Shown here in pieces: positions 13,341-26,939 of a stretch of DNA of 64,000 bases. The stretch lies in NCBI RefSeq assembly GCF_009914755.1, contig NC_060925.1, one strand, 5' to 3'. The position numbers and the translations under genes are program-made. The stretch is from the human T2T-CHM13v2.0 reference genome, Homo sapiens. The notes beneath the pieces were generated by a model, which did no database searches, had not been told where the DNA came from, and saw nothing but the letters and a program-made list of their open reading frames with translations. How positions within the stretch are numbered: the first letter of the stretch is position 1; each line of letters starts with the position of its first letter.

Positions 13341-13785
13341 TTGGACTTTAAAATTGTTGATCAGTATAGTAAAACATTCATTTTGACTTAATTGTATACA
13401 AAAGAGAGTCATACTAAAAAATTAAATAATTGGACTTGGTACGATAATATTTTGTTGGCAAGAAATATGACAGTGATTAATAAAAGGCTTTTAATCTACA
13501 AATATAAAATATTGGGAAAAAATTTAAGTGGCATAGCAGTACAATTTCATAGAAATAACAATCATGCAAAATTTCTGGCTACTGAAGATGTCTTTTTATA
13601 CTTTATGCTATTATCAAATTGCTAGTTTATTTTAATTTCAGTGGAAGAGTGATAAAGCCACTGCACATTAAAATGTCAACTTCTTAATAGTACACTAGAC
13701 ATTATATCTCTATAAGAATATATATTTATAAATTTATTACAAAGGACTTCAGATATTACTCAACAAAGCATATGGCAGTACCTAG

Positions 13786-14086
<301 letters not shown>

Positions 14087-15877
14087 CAGTACCTAGATTT
14101 TTAAATTAAACTTAGAGATTCAGGGGTAAATAGTGTTTGAAAGCCTCTAATATTATAACTACCATCTCAGCTCCTTTATTTAGAAAATTACAGATGCAGA
14201 GCTGCAGGCACACATCTCCAACAGAGGAAACTAAATGTCACCACTAATCCAGCGAGGATAGATTGAGAAATGTGGGTCATATATAGTAGGTCCTCAAAGA
14301 TCACAATGGCTGATGTGAAATATAGTGTTTAAAGAATAAATATTCTTGCTTAATTTGATATATCTAGCATACAAAGAGTCTTTTGTAAATCTTCTAACAC
14401 ATTAATGAAGAAATAGTAGCTAAGAAAAACAGCAAATTTTAAAACAATTTTAGGACTTCCATCAAAGCAACACCCAACTATAATATTTTAAAGTCAAATA
14501 TAAATACCAGGTAGGCAATATAAATGTGAAACAAACAAACAGGAGATGACTTAAAAATAAGTATATTTTTTGGGGAAAAATACTTGTGCCTAGGGATAAG
14601 ACATTTAGGGACAATTGTAAATCATATAAATGCAAATGTAACCACATTTGGTCTAACTTAAACATGGGTTTCCATGCAAAGAAAAAATCAATCTGAAATC
14701 TAGGAACAATTTAAATTGTGCCACATCTTTTTTATTAGCAGCAAAAAAGCCAATAGGAAAAGAGGATCTGTGCCTGTATTATTTCACAGTGGTGCACAAT
14801 GATGTATCCCATTGCATAATAATTATCACAACAGATAACCAATGAGGGCAGAAGATAAGACCTCGTCTGTATCTATTACCAACATATTTAACAACTTTAA
14901 GGAACATAAATTAAGGAACTGGGAGTTCAGAAAAGGACTAATTAAAGTTGATGACACTTATACTAAGTTCAAAGAATGAAGAAACAAAAAAATGGTACAG
15001 TTTAAGAATTTCTAGGTAAGAAGAAGAGGTGGCAATGGAAAGCACATGTGTAACACTGAGATGTACATCAAGAAGAAAAGGCAGGTCCATGATAAAGTGA
15101 ATATTAAGATGTAGAAGGAAATGAAGTTCAAAAAGCACAAATATATCCAGGCATCAGTTCCCTTTCACACTTAGCTGAAATCACTGGAGTTTACATTGCT
15201 CCCAATGTAAAGAACTCTATAAAATAGAATAAGGGCCAGAATATGGATATATTTGCATTTTAAGATAGAAGTTGTTAGAGTTATTCTGGCTAGAGGACTT
15301 GAATGGAGAAAAATTATATAGACAAATAACTGTTGACAGTAGCGAAATCCTTCACGTATTTTGATTCTATTCACTTAGCTACATATTTGCTGACAAAATG
15401 CTTGTCAATTCTATGATTCATTCTCACTGAGACTGCTGCAATATATTTCTTTTGGGTTTTAGTCTATTCCTTCCCTCATTCTTCACCAATAAAATGCCAC
15501 ACAATAGGCAGTGTTTTGTTTGCTTGTTTGTTTTGCTTTACCTAAGTTCTCAGATAACTTTTTGTGTATATAATATGCCAATCTTTTAACATTTTCTGTA
15601 ACCTGAATTGTTATACAATTGTGTAAAAAGGATGAAAGGCAGTACTATTTATAATTACACCAAAACAATAATTATGACCTAATTTTGGACATGCTGCACT
15701 GCATGGTTGCCCTGTCTCTAATGACCCATGACATCTGCTTCCTACCTACATATTCAACCTTATTGCATTTCACTCTCCAACTGTATTTCTCCACTTCAAC
15801 TGCAATGCCCTTCTATTTATGTGTTCAATACAATTATTTGTGTCAGTTCAATACAAATGGTATTATAAGTGTTCCCA

Positions 15878-16052
15878 GGTTGGGTTTGGTGGATTATGCT
15901 TGTAATCTCAGCTCTTTGGGAGACTGAGGCAGGAGAATTGCTTGGGGCCTGCAGTTTGACACAAGCCTGGGAAACACAGTGAAACCCTGTCTCTAAAATA
16001 ACCAACCAACTAACTAAACAACAACAACAACAACAACAAAAACACAAAAAAA
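15878..16052 (+). mobile_element. FLAM (free left Alu monomer) with (CAA)n tail
   Basis: Single monomer TGTAATCTCAGC..GAGGCAGGAGAATTGCTTG..GTGAAACCCTGTCTCT followed by an A/CAA tail. Confidence 0.85.
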
Positions 16053-16296
16053 CTGTTATTCCCTTTGCTTGACCATCCTATTCAAAGTTGTCATTATTTT
16101 CCCAGTTACTGTCTGGTAATCATATTTCTGTTTTTATATTACTTCTTTTTACTTCCTGACTTCTGTTTTTGGATTTAATTTTCTGTTATTTGTCTTCTGT
16201 CACAAGAGTGAGACTATTTACAAGGAGCTACTTTTACTCTGTCTCAGTACCTAGAACAATGTGTCACACATGCAAGGCACTTAAAAATTCTGAAGT

Positions 16297-16675
16297 TGTA
16301 TCAGCCTGTTTTTGCACTACCAAAAAAGACATACTAGAGACTGAGTGATTTATAAAAGAAAGAAATTTAATTGACTCACAGTCCAGCACGTCTGGGGAGG
16401 CGTTAGGAAACTTACGATCATCGGGGAAGGCGAAGGGGAAGCAGGCACCTTCTTCACAAGGTGGCAGGAAGGAGATATCCAGCCAGGGGAAATGCCAGAC
16501 GCTTATAAAACCATCGCATCTCATGAGAATTCACTCACTATCACAAGAACAGTATGGGGGAATCCATACCCCATGATCCAATCACTTTCCACTGGGTCCC
16601 TCCCACAAAATGTGGGGATTATGGGAACTACTATTCAAGAGGAAATTTGGGTGGGGACACAGCCAAACCATATCA
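16297..16675 (-). mobile_element. THE1 (THE1D-like) MaLR solo LTR
   Basis: TGTATCAG...TTTAATTGACTCACAG...GGGTGGGGACACAGCCAAACCATATCA. Confidence 0.92.
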
Positions 16676-16854
16676 AGTGTATATACCTGAATGATGCAAT
16701 TCATGCAACGTTTGGAAAACATTGCAGTAGAACAGCCAAGATCCTATGAGTTACTAAAATAGCAGTTGGTATTAGAGATCAAAACTAAAAAGCCAATATA
16801 AGAAATATTGCAGCAATAGAAGAGGGAGAACCAGATTCACTGTAAAAGCACACT

Positions 16855-17049
16855 GCTTTTGAAATAGGTCATATTGACATTTGTGGAAGAATAATTCTTT
16901 ATTTATTATAATCTTGTGTATTCCAAGATTTTAGTATATCTGGCTGCAGTCTATTAAAAACCAGTGATACTTCTGTCCTTGTAAAAATAAAATATGCCCT
17001 AACACATTTTAAACATGCCTTAGAGAAGTAGTATAGGTTGAAAACCATC
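16855..17049. mobile_element. MER20-like hAT-Charlie DNA transposon
   Basis: TATTGACATTTGTGG..ATAATTCTT...GGTTGAAAACCA end. Confidence 0.55.
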
Positions 17050-17094
17050 AATAGTCAAAATGTTATCACAAACATTCAGTAACAATAAATCGGT

Positions 17095-17336
17095 GTTAAT
17101 TATAAATCCTTGATCCTCTGCAATATGCCTGAAAACACAAAGCTTTTGGGCTAAAAGCTGTAACACCTGTTAGGAAGAATTTGTACTGTGGGTTTGGAAT
17201 CTTGGATTTTCCCCCTTTATGAATTGTACTTGCTGTTGACAACCAGATACCTGACTGCAAGTATCTTTTCTTGTATTCCCATATATCTAGACAATGATTT
17301 TGTAAGACAATAAATTTATTCATTATAGAAAAAAAA
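17095..17336 (+). other. Candidate retroposed mRNA 3'-UTR fragment or poly(A) site; parent unidentified
   Basis: Non-repeat-like sequence with several TGTA motifs, AATAAA at 17309-17314 and A8 starting 14 nt later; GTTAAT on both sides. Confidence 0.35.
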
Positions 17337-18531
17337 GTTAATGACCTTCAGATTTATGATCTCAATAGTGAGTCAGATGCTGACAACAACCTAAGAGAAG
17401 AGCATTGGTGGAGGGACAAGTCTTAACAGGAGTTTAAAAATACTTAAGCTTTTACATGTGTCCAGAATGTACAGGCACTTTTGTTTTGTTTTGTTTTGTT
17501 TTATTCAAGTAGATCTTGGACTAAATTGCATATACAAATCTGAAAATTGACAGTATTATAAAGTGTTTGAGAAGATTACCTTCCCCAGTGATAATACAGA
17601 GTGGAAAAGGGCAAGTGTGGTATGGATAGAAACCAAACCCAGAATCCAGGAACAACATGTATCATCAAAACCCAGGAGCCAGAACGAAGATGTTCTCAGA
17701 AAATACTGAGAAGAAACAGTCAAACTTGGGTAGAAATCTATGAGAACATTCTCTGCAAAACCAAGTTTCTTTGTACCAATAAGCATTAATTTTGTTACTC
17801 TTCTGAATTAGACAGAAAATAATAAAATTTTTGTTTGGAAACAAGTCTTTCCTTAGCTTTGATCCTTTCCACTATGAAATTGATATTAAACGATAATAAC
17901 TTAGTGGCATATGACTGTCTGTCAAAATGAAACAAATAAAATCATGTTTGAATGAATTTCAAGTTAGATAATTTGATTTCCTAAATGGAAATTTAATGTG
18001 TGATGTTTAAAGAATATTAAAAACATAAGATAATAAAAGACGGGATATATAACATCTTCAAACTATTGTCATTCTAGAAGTGTTCATTTTAGCATAATGT
18101 AATTCAAAGAATATTATTTTAAATCTAGTTGAGTATCAATCACTTTATTTCCATAGAATTTTCTTGAAATTATTTATTATTATAGAATATTTGTCCCCAA
18201 ACTTATTATGCTTCTGGAATGGGAATGGGACTGGCTGATTTTAGCATTTCATTTTGAACAACAAAAAAAGAGACTTTAACATGGATGAGTGTAGTATATA
18301 ATTTTTTCAACTCTTAACCACACAGATGTGAGTATAGACAACTTATCATTTATGTGTAGGTTTCAATGTAGCAGTATATCTAGTGGTCCACCTTCAATCA
18401 TGAAATTTTTAACCCTCTAAAGCTTGTAGCTCAAGAGATTTTTGACATTTGAACCAAATTTCTGGATTCAGAAAACAGTTTAGTCTGTATTGTTTTAAAT
18501 ATTTAATTTTCTTTGAGATATCATAATTACA

Positions 18532-18675
18532 CATCCATTTATAATTCATTTAATAAATGTTTATTGTTATGCATAATGACTGACATTATGCAGTCATAAT
18601 GCCTGCCTTGATTATAAAATGATAAGCAAGGCAAACATATTCCTGCCCTCTTGTGCTTAGTAACTAGGGAGTCTC
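18532..18675 (-). mobile_element. L2 3' end
   Basis: ATTCATTTAATAAATGTTTATTG...TTCCTGCCCTCTTGTGCTTA. Confidence 0.6.
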
Positions 18676-20012
18676 ATCAGAGCTTACATGAAAGTAAATA
18701 GACAACTTTTGCTTTTCAGTATAGAGTTGAAGAAGGTTTTTCAAATGTATTAGGGCAGCCAGATAATATGTTTATAACAAAGCCCAGAAATCTAGAGGCT
18801 TTTCTAAACCCTACATGGACAATCTTTCTGAAAAGAGAAGATACAGAAATTTGGGAATACATGTCAGATACAGAAATTTTGCAAGTTAATTTTCCTAATA
18901 TACAGTTTATCCACCTACAAAGTAAAGATAATAGTAATGCCTATGCCATACTTTTGGATGAAAATTGTATTATATATTACCTGTAATACATAGTGCCTAG
19001 AATATATGTGTGTGTCTGCATGAAACTGATATATTATCGATATTATTATGTATTCAGTGGAGTTCCCAGTGCAAATCATGAGAGAAAGGCTGAATACCAG
19101 AGAAAAGGCATAAGGGAGAAAAAGGGAATAAAATTTGACCATCTATTGACCCTCAATAGTTATAAATCCTCAGTAGTTGGGAGGACAAAAGAACTTCAGA
19201 GAGTGAGCATATACTAATAAAATAATTTTAAATGCAAAGTTGCAGTTTTAATAAGGTATTCTGACTCACTCCATAAGTCTCTCAAATTCCCAAATATTTA
19301 TCAAAATGTCAGTGCTTTGTGCAATATGTATATAGGCTCACAGGAATAAATGTAACAATGGATATATGTGTATTTATATGTCATATGTGAAGTGTGTGCT
19401 TATATATGTAAAGTATATATATATAAGTATATATATAAAGTATGTGTGTATAAATATTTTATACATAGACGCATGCACACACAAACACACATACATATTA
19501 ATGCAAACCGGCAGGTAAGAAGAAAACTGATACTAGAGTGCATAATGAAAATGTTTCTTTACTTCTTCCTACAGATATCAGCAAAAATCTTGGTCTTGGA
19601 CAGGACATTTTTCTTCCACACAGTGTGCAATTGGTTTGTTAAACCAAACTTCTACAGATTTCAAGCCCAAATGAATGTCCCAACTCCCATCTCATTTGCA
19701 TTTGCATAGGTTTATATTTATGAAATCAGACATATATTTGAGGAATATATTTTAATTAATAAATTTATATATTTTAATTAATAAGTTTTTGATAAATTCC
19801 TATCACAGTATCTATTTAATAATAAAGACCACAGAAACAATTTTTAAAAGAAATTAGAAAAGCAATTAAAGTGGCCCAAGTACCTTAAGGACAGGAATTC
19901 AATTTAGATATATATTCTTGTAATAAGAGCATTCCTGAGAAAAGAGGAAAAATAACCCCTCGAGTGTCATACACATTTATATTTGTAATTTTTTAATTGA
20001 TTTTGTTTGTTA

Positions 20013-20057
20013 CTTTTAACTTTTATTTTTAAATTCAGGGGTACAAGTGCAGGTTTG
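20013..20057 (-). mobile_element. Extreme 3' tip (~45 bp) of an older L1PA/L1PB
   Basis: TTTTAACTTTTATTTTTAAATTCAGGGGGTACAAGTGCAGGTTTG; loosely similar flanks ttgattttgtttgtta / ttgatctttttcttgtta. Confidence 0.7.
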
Positions 20058-21099
20058 CTTGATCTTTTTCTTGTTAAAAAATAAAAAAGATAGAAATTAC
20101 TAGGGAGACTGACTACTTTTTGTACAAAAATGCTCAATCTCTGTAAAAATATTACCATTAAAAATGAAGCTTGCCAATATCTGTCCACTCTTGTGGTCAA
20201 TAATATCTATGATATGACCATGTTGTCCTAAGCAAAGTGCTAATTATATATACATATAAGATGAATAATTAGAAACCAGGAAATAACTTTAGAAAAAGAG
20301 TAACATAACATTTGGAGTATCAGCAAGGTGCGTTGGTAAATATTTTTATTGCTAGTCAGATACGTTGATCAAGTATGTAGGAGAGACATACAGAGTTAGA
20401 TTTAAGAATCTTCAGCAATTTAACAATGATTATAGATTTGCATATAGGAAAGATTTTTTTAGGAGAAGAATTTTAGATATTTGCTTTCTATTTGTTTTTC
20501 CAACATGTGAATATTTTTTCATATATTTAAGATATTCTCACCTATTGTATAAACTCAAATCATTGGTTTCTCTGTTTCCAATGCAACGTCCCAGGGCACA
20601 GACCTATGAACAAGTCTCTATCAGGTAGAGGCTATTGATTAGATCATGCTCCTCTATTCTACAATGCCTTTTTTCTTGCAAAGGCTGAATATTTAAAAAT
20701 TATATTGTTCTGAAATAATTGCAGCTAGCATTCAGATATAAAAAGATTCTCCAAACTGTATGCACTCTCCTAATTTTTGGCAATTAGAACTAAAGAGATG
20801 TGAGAGTTGCCTTCTTGTTTTTTCTAAGGTTGTTTCTTTGCTGATTCAAAGAATTTTCAACTGAACATGTTCTAGCCAGGAGAAAGAGGAGAGGAAAGAA
20901 GAGAAATATGGATTTCTTCAAATATGGATTTCTTCTTAGAGGCATTAAATACAGATTTTCATCAGTTTTCTAGGTCTAAGTTGCTTCTAGCTAGCCATGT
21001 ACCAAATAGAACCCAGGAGTGGTATCGTTACAGAAGGGTTCAATAAATATTTGTGAAGAATCAGTAGATGAATTAGCAGCAGACTTTTTTTTTGGAAGC

Positions 21100-21407
21100 C
21101 AGTAATGTCAGAAACATGGAGATTAGAACACATTCCAGCAGCGGTTCGGTTAATTGTTGCTGTGAACTTTAGTTTCCAGCCCAGAATTGACAGCAATGGA
21201 AAGTATAGTTATTAGTGCCTGGTGAGAATTGCTGCAGATTATTACCAGACCAGTTCTGTATGGTGGTTGATTGACTGATTCTGGCTGCTTTGTCTCAAGC
21301 CTTTATTGCCAGCCCTCTCTGTGAACTACATGATATCCTTTAATGAAGTCATTGTCTGCTTAAAGCAGCCGGATCCAACTCTTGTGACTAAGAATTTTGA
21401 CTGTCAC
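21100..21407 (+). mobile_element. Old ERVL-class LTR (LTR33/LTR16-like), 3' part
   Basis: 3' end TGCTTAAAGCAGCC...GACTAAGAATTTTGACTGTCACA is typical of this LTR class. Confidence 0.35.
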
Positions 21408-21869
21408 AGTGATTATTCAGACAGATGGCCAGAGGTCCAATAACAGAATCCAGACTTTTTTTTTCCTAAGGAGAATTAAGCACTATGGACAGAAGTCTAT
21501 TCAAACTAATGTGATTTCAGATCTTTAAAATGTATTATAAAGAGAATGTAAGAGAGTTCACTTTTAGCAACCTCAGTTATAGGAGTTTTTGAACTCTCCT
21601 ATAAGAACATGCAAGTACATTTCACACACACACAGTTATTTTCTGTTCTCATAAGTGATTTAGATTAACGGTGTCCCATTTCCTAATTTCTTGTAGATAA
21701 ATCAGATTAACCCAACATACAACTTTTGTCCAGTAATATGCAGGTGCCCTCCCCCCACCATTGTTTTCTTCAATCAGTTCTGACACAAGTTTTTAAGTCT
21801 TGATATCTCACTGTCTATATTTTAAAAACACCATCGACTATGATAAGGAATCAAAAAAATCTAAGCACT

Positions 21870-22209
21870 TAAGTAATACAGCTGTATTCCCCACTTACAC
21901 AAAGTCTAATGTGAATGTTCTTTGCCACACGCGTCTCTTTGGTGGCTCCTCTCCAAACGATAAACTCAAGGACTCATGCTTCTTCCACTGAATACCTCTA
22001 TTAGCATAACAGTTTTCAGTCATGCATACCAGACAAGAGAAAGACAGAGGGAAAGGTCATCATCAAAATCAATTCTTCCCACATTTCACTGGTAAGATCT
22101 CAGTCACATGATCCCACACAGGTGGAAGGCAACCTGGGAAATGTATCTTCCCATATTTCAAGAAGAAAAATAAATTGTTTGATAAACACATCACATAATC
22201 TCTGCCCAC
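21870..22209 (-). mobile_element. MLT1 (J/K/L-like) MaLR LTR
   Basis: CACATTTCACTGG...CTCAGTCACATG...CTGGGAAATGTA...TCTCTGCCCAC. Confidence 0.6.
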
Positions 22210-23414
22210 TGGCTGAGCTTGTTGAGAAAGATCAGGTTCTCAGAAAAATATATATGGATAACATATCCTATAAAGCATTTCTAATTTGATTACTATGAAT
22301 ATGTTTAGAAATAAAATGTATTCCCAAATCTCAGGAGAAATGAAAGATATTTTAGAAGTCAATCATTTATAAGGAAAGTTAGTAGATACTAAAGCATAAA
22401 TAACCACACTCCTCATTAAAAAATATTAAAACAGAAAAGCAACTTTTTTTTTTCTAGCAGAACTGGAAATAATGTGGTCCAGAAACAGGTTGATTAGGAC
22501 TCATCAACAGAAAAAACAGGAAATTAAAAAAGAATTCTTTTCCACACTCACTGAAGAGAGAAAACCACATATGGCAGAAGTGGAATATTTTTAAAAAGAA
22601 AGAGAGAAGAAAAAAGGAAAATCATATGCAAAAGCAAAAGAAAAAATCATTCACACATTATTTTAAATTCATTTGCTTTCTTAAAAATTCATTCATAAAT
22701 TCTTAATTCCATAAAGCAGAAGAACGTTTTAGACAACAGCAATGTTCCATACATAAAAAAAAAATTAAAAGATTATGGTGATCAAAGATGAGACAACAGA
22801 GCTAAAGGGATACTGTGGATAATATAATATTACTGGAGAATCAGATTTGAAAATCTGAATCAACCCACCAGACAACCAAATCATTGCTAGGAAAGTTTAG
22901 GATATTCATTCATAATGAACAAGTTTAAAGAAAAAGGTAAAATACATAGAAAAAAAAACAGAACAAAGTATAAAGATTTATAATTATCTAGATACTTAGG
23001 ATTTCCAAATTGAGTAACCAAGATAGAATATAAATACATTAAAATATTAAACATAAAATTTGCCCTTAAACCTAAAAGTCAAATGGATGTGAAATAACTT
23101 TTATTCATCTCTCCTTTATCTTTGTAAGTTTTTTGTAATTACCAATATTATATTTTGACTGAAAGAAAGAAATACATATCAACTAAAATGTAATGCAGTG
23201 AATAAGGAGGGTTTAAGTGTCCTTATTTGAGAGAGGGAAGGAGTGTGCTGTTAATTCTTTTGGAGTCTAGTTGTATTTTTAGGCAAAATTGGTTACGAGT
23301 GATTTGTTTTTTTAAAATCTTGTTTTGTTTTATTTTAAGTATGTTAAATAGGCCAAAATGTAGCATATGGCAGACATGTAAACCTAGGTTACAATATTCC
23401 CAAGCACCTTTTTC

Positions 23415-23515
23415 TTTTTTTTTTTTGGAATGTTATTTTTTTTAATTTTATTATTATTATACTTTAAGTTTTAGGGTACATGTGCACAATGTGCAGGTTA
23501 GTTACATATGTATAA
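23415..23515 (-). mobile_element. Severely 5'-truncated young L1 (L1PA2/3-like) with double A-tail
   Basis: TATACTTTAAGTTTTAGGGTACATGTGCACAATGTGCAGGTTAGTTACATATGTATA; 15-bp TSD CCA(A/G)GCACCTTTTTC at 23400-23414 and 23516-23530. Confidence 0.9.
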
Positions 23516-23589
23516 CCAGGCACCTTTTTCATGATTTCATACCCATATTGGTTGAAAACCTAAACCTAAAACCTAAATTTTTCAATTCC

Positions 23590-23885
<296 letters not shown>

Positions 23886-25127
23886 TCAATTCTTTTTCTA
23901 CTTGACTACCAACATTTGATGGAGAATTTACCAATGAGATATAGAAGACTTGACAATTAAAGAGAGTATCTGAAGAACAGAAACAGAGTCATTTGTATCT
24001 CTATTAGTATTTTAGAACTCAATCCTTAACATAATAGCTGTTCAGAATCATGTTGGAGCAGAACAAATGTTTCCATGTAAAAGCTTCATGATAACTTTTT
24101 GCTTTCCTTCTAGCAGGAATATTTTTAGTTTTTCTGACTCCCCAGGGATTCTGTGAACTCTATAATACACTTACAGTCAGCCCTTTCGCTTAAATTATGC
24201 AGAGTGGTTTCTCTTGTTTGTAGCTAAAAACTTTGACTTATATGGGGCAATGGTTTAGGAAATACAAATGTTAATATTTTAAGGTGAAACTATTTTTTGA
24301 AGTGCAGCAGCAGATTTAACTGGAGGATATTGGAATCCTGGAGTCATACCAGCCAACGAGGAGCAAAACGACTTACCATCATAGTAATGGTACTCCACCT
24401 AATTCTCAGAACAAGTCAGTTCAAATACACAGATCCTTTTGAATGGAAAGCAAGATGTATCATATACTCTTGACAAAAGACCTAACAATAACTTCTGAAA
24501 TATCACTATAAACCTCCTCCCAAATATTCCCAGAGATACATGGCCATTTTCCAGGATAATATACCCCAGGAAAAGAGGTAAATCCAGATGTTTCAGGGAT
24601 AATTGGACTGTAGGTCTCATCTAATGCTAATCTGTGAGAAACAAGTTGCCATTTGCCCGTTTGGTCAAAATGGAGGCCTTTGTGGAGGTTAACTGATAAA
24701 TGACATTTAGACCTGATGCTTAGAATTGATCCAGTGGTCTGTTACCCCATTCTTTAGTTATTTCCTAGGCTTCTGAATTGGTGTAGATATAGTCATCAAC
24801 TGGTGGAGTCCTCTTATTAGCTCATCAAAGCATGGAATAAAAATAATGTTATAAAGCAGGGCCCTCTTTCCGAAACAATGTATAAATTAAAGGTCAAATG
24901 TTATTACTAAAGAAAAGTGATTACATCATTGAAATCTTGAAAGATGAAAGAACACTGATCCAGGGATATCCCGAATTAACTGAACTACTGGCCTAGAGAG
25001 AATGTGCAAGTCTTAGAGCATTAGAAGAAATAATTTTGAGCTTACTTATTGGGAGTGGCAGTAGTATATAAGAAAAAATAGACACTCTTTCTATTCTTTG
25101 GTGTCTTTCAAATGTATAATAGTTGGG

Positions 25128-26030
25128 TTTTTTTATTCTTTTTTAATTTTTTATTTTTTGTTATTGTACTTCAAGTTCTAGGGTACAGGTGCACAACGTG
25201 CAGGTTTGTTACATGTGTATACATGTGCCATGTGAGTTTGCTGCACGTGTTAACTTGTCATTTGCATTAGGTAAATCTCCTAATGCTATCCCTCCCCACT
25301 CCCCACCACCCCACGACAGGCCCGGGTGTGTGATGTTCCCCACCCTGTGTCCAAGTGTTCTCATTGTTCAATTTCCACCTATGAGTGAGAACATGTGGTG
25401 TTTGGTTTTCCATCCTTGCGTTAGTTTGCTCAGAATGATGGTTTTCAGCTTCATCCATGTCCCTACAAAGGACATGAACTCATCATTTTTATGGCTGTAT
25501 AGTATTCCATGGTGTATATGTGCCACATTTTCTTAATCCAGTCTATCATTGATGGACATTTGGGTTGGTTCCAAGTCTTTGCTATTGTGAATAATGCCTC
25601 AATAAACATACGTGTGCATGTGTCTTTATAGCAGCATGATTTATAATCCTTTGGGTGTATGCCCAGTAACGGCATGGCTGGGTCAAATGGTAGTTCTCGT
25701 TCTAGATCCTTGAGGAATTGCCACACTGACTTCCACAATGGTTGAACTAGTTTACAGACCCACCAACAGTTTAAAAGGATTCCTATTTCTCCACATCCTC
25801 TCCAGCACCTGTTGTTTCCTGACTTTAATGATGGCCATTCTAACTGGTGTGAGATGGTATCTCATTGTGGTTTTGATTTGCATTTCTTTGATGGCCAGTG
25901 ATGATGAGCATTTTTTCATGTGTCTGTTGCCTGCATAAATGTCTTCTTTCAGAAGTGTCTGTTCATATCCTTTGCCCACTTTTTGATGGGGTTGTTTGAT
26001 TTTTTCTTGTAAATTTGTTTAAGTTCTTTG
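25128..26030 (-). mobile_element. 5'-truncated L1PA (PA5-7-like)
   Basis: AAGTTCTAGGGTACA.GTGCACAACGTGCAGGTTTG; ORFs 25463-25979 encode L1 ORF2 C-terminus ([22 protein letters not shown]). Confidence 0.96.
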
Positions 26031-26898
26031 AGGAAAAAGCACCAGAAACAATTTGCTTTCATATGGCGCAACAAAAGTATATTTTTACTGTCTTATTATA
26101 TAAATATTATTTGTCTCACATTCTGAGATATGCTGAAGAGGTATTGATCTTCTTACTCTTCCACCAGAAATTACATTGTCCTACTACATGAATGGGATCA
26201 TTCTCACAGGGCCTACTTAGCAGCTTGTCTCATGTACCACAAATGTTTTGTTAAGACTTAGCATACTACAGCATAGGAGAAAGACTCCATGTAAAATTCA
26301 GGAGTGAAACCTGCCCCTCAGTGTTGTCTTCTTGGTTTAAGTCAGGTCAGACTATTTTTTCTAAAGTGAAATAAAAGTCATTTCACCTATGAGCCTGTTC
26401 GAGTTTCAGAAAAAATGTTTTTCAAATTTGGTAACAGTATTCTGATCTTTTTACTGTATAAATCATAGGACTGTCAGTATTTTTACAGGCTTAGATAAGT
26501 CTTTGCTCTAAACAGGTGTGTTACTTGATTATTATGACATAGTTGGTCAAATAATGCTTGTAGTGAGTGTGTCTGACTGGAATGCATTATGGAGCCTATA
26601 TAATTACCTAATTGCACTAAGAGAATACTTAGGTTTCAGAGCAATTCTCTGTTCTCTGTAATTGGGAAGTATTCCCCTTTTTAGAATCAGTTTTTAGCTT
26701 GGTGTATTGAACTCCAACCATGACTCATCATCTGGTTCACATATAATTCTGCATAATATTCTTCCAGAAGCAGAAATAAAATGCTTTTAGTTGCCAGACA
26801 ACTTAGAGTTAGCCTTGAAGGAGAGTAGAGGTAGAGAGAACTCATGGACAGTGCTTCAACCTGCACATGTTGTTTTCAGCTTCCTCTGAAAAGACAGC

Positions 26899-26902
<4 letters not shown>

Positions 26903-26939
<37 letters not shown>
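26903..26939. repeat. Pure T37 homopolymer
   Basis: 37 uninterrupted T with no attached Alu or L1 body. Confidence 0.95.

Noticed and set aside
19515-19574. GTAAGA...polypyrimidine-CAG apparent intron inside ORF 19368-19709
   Set aside because: 60 nt is below the usual human minimum intron size, and the ORF derives from TA/CA low-complexity sequence.
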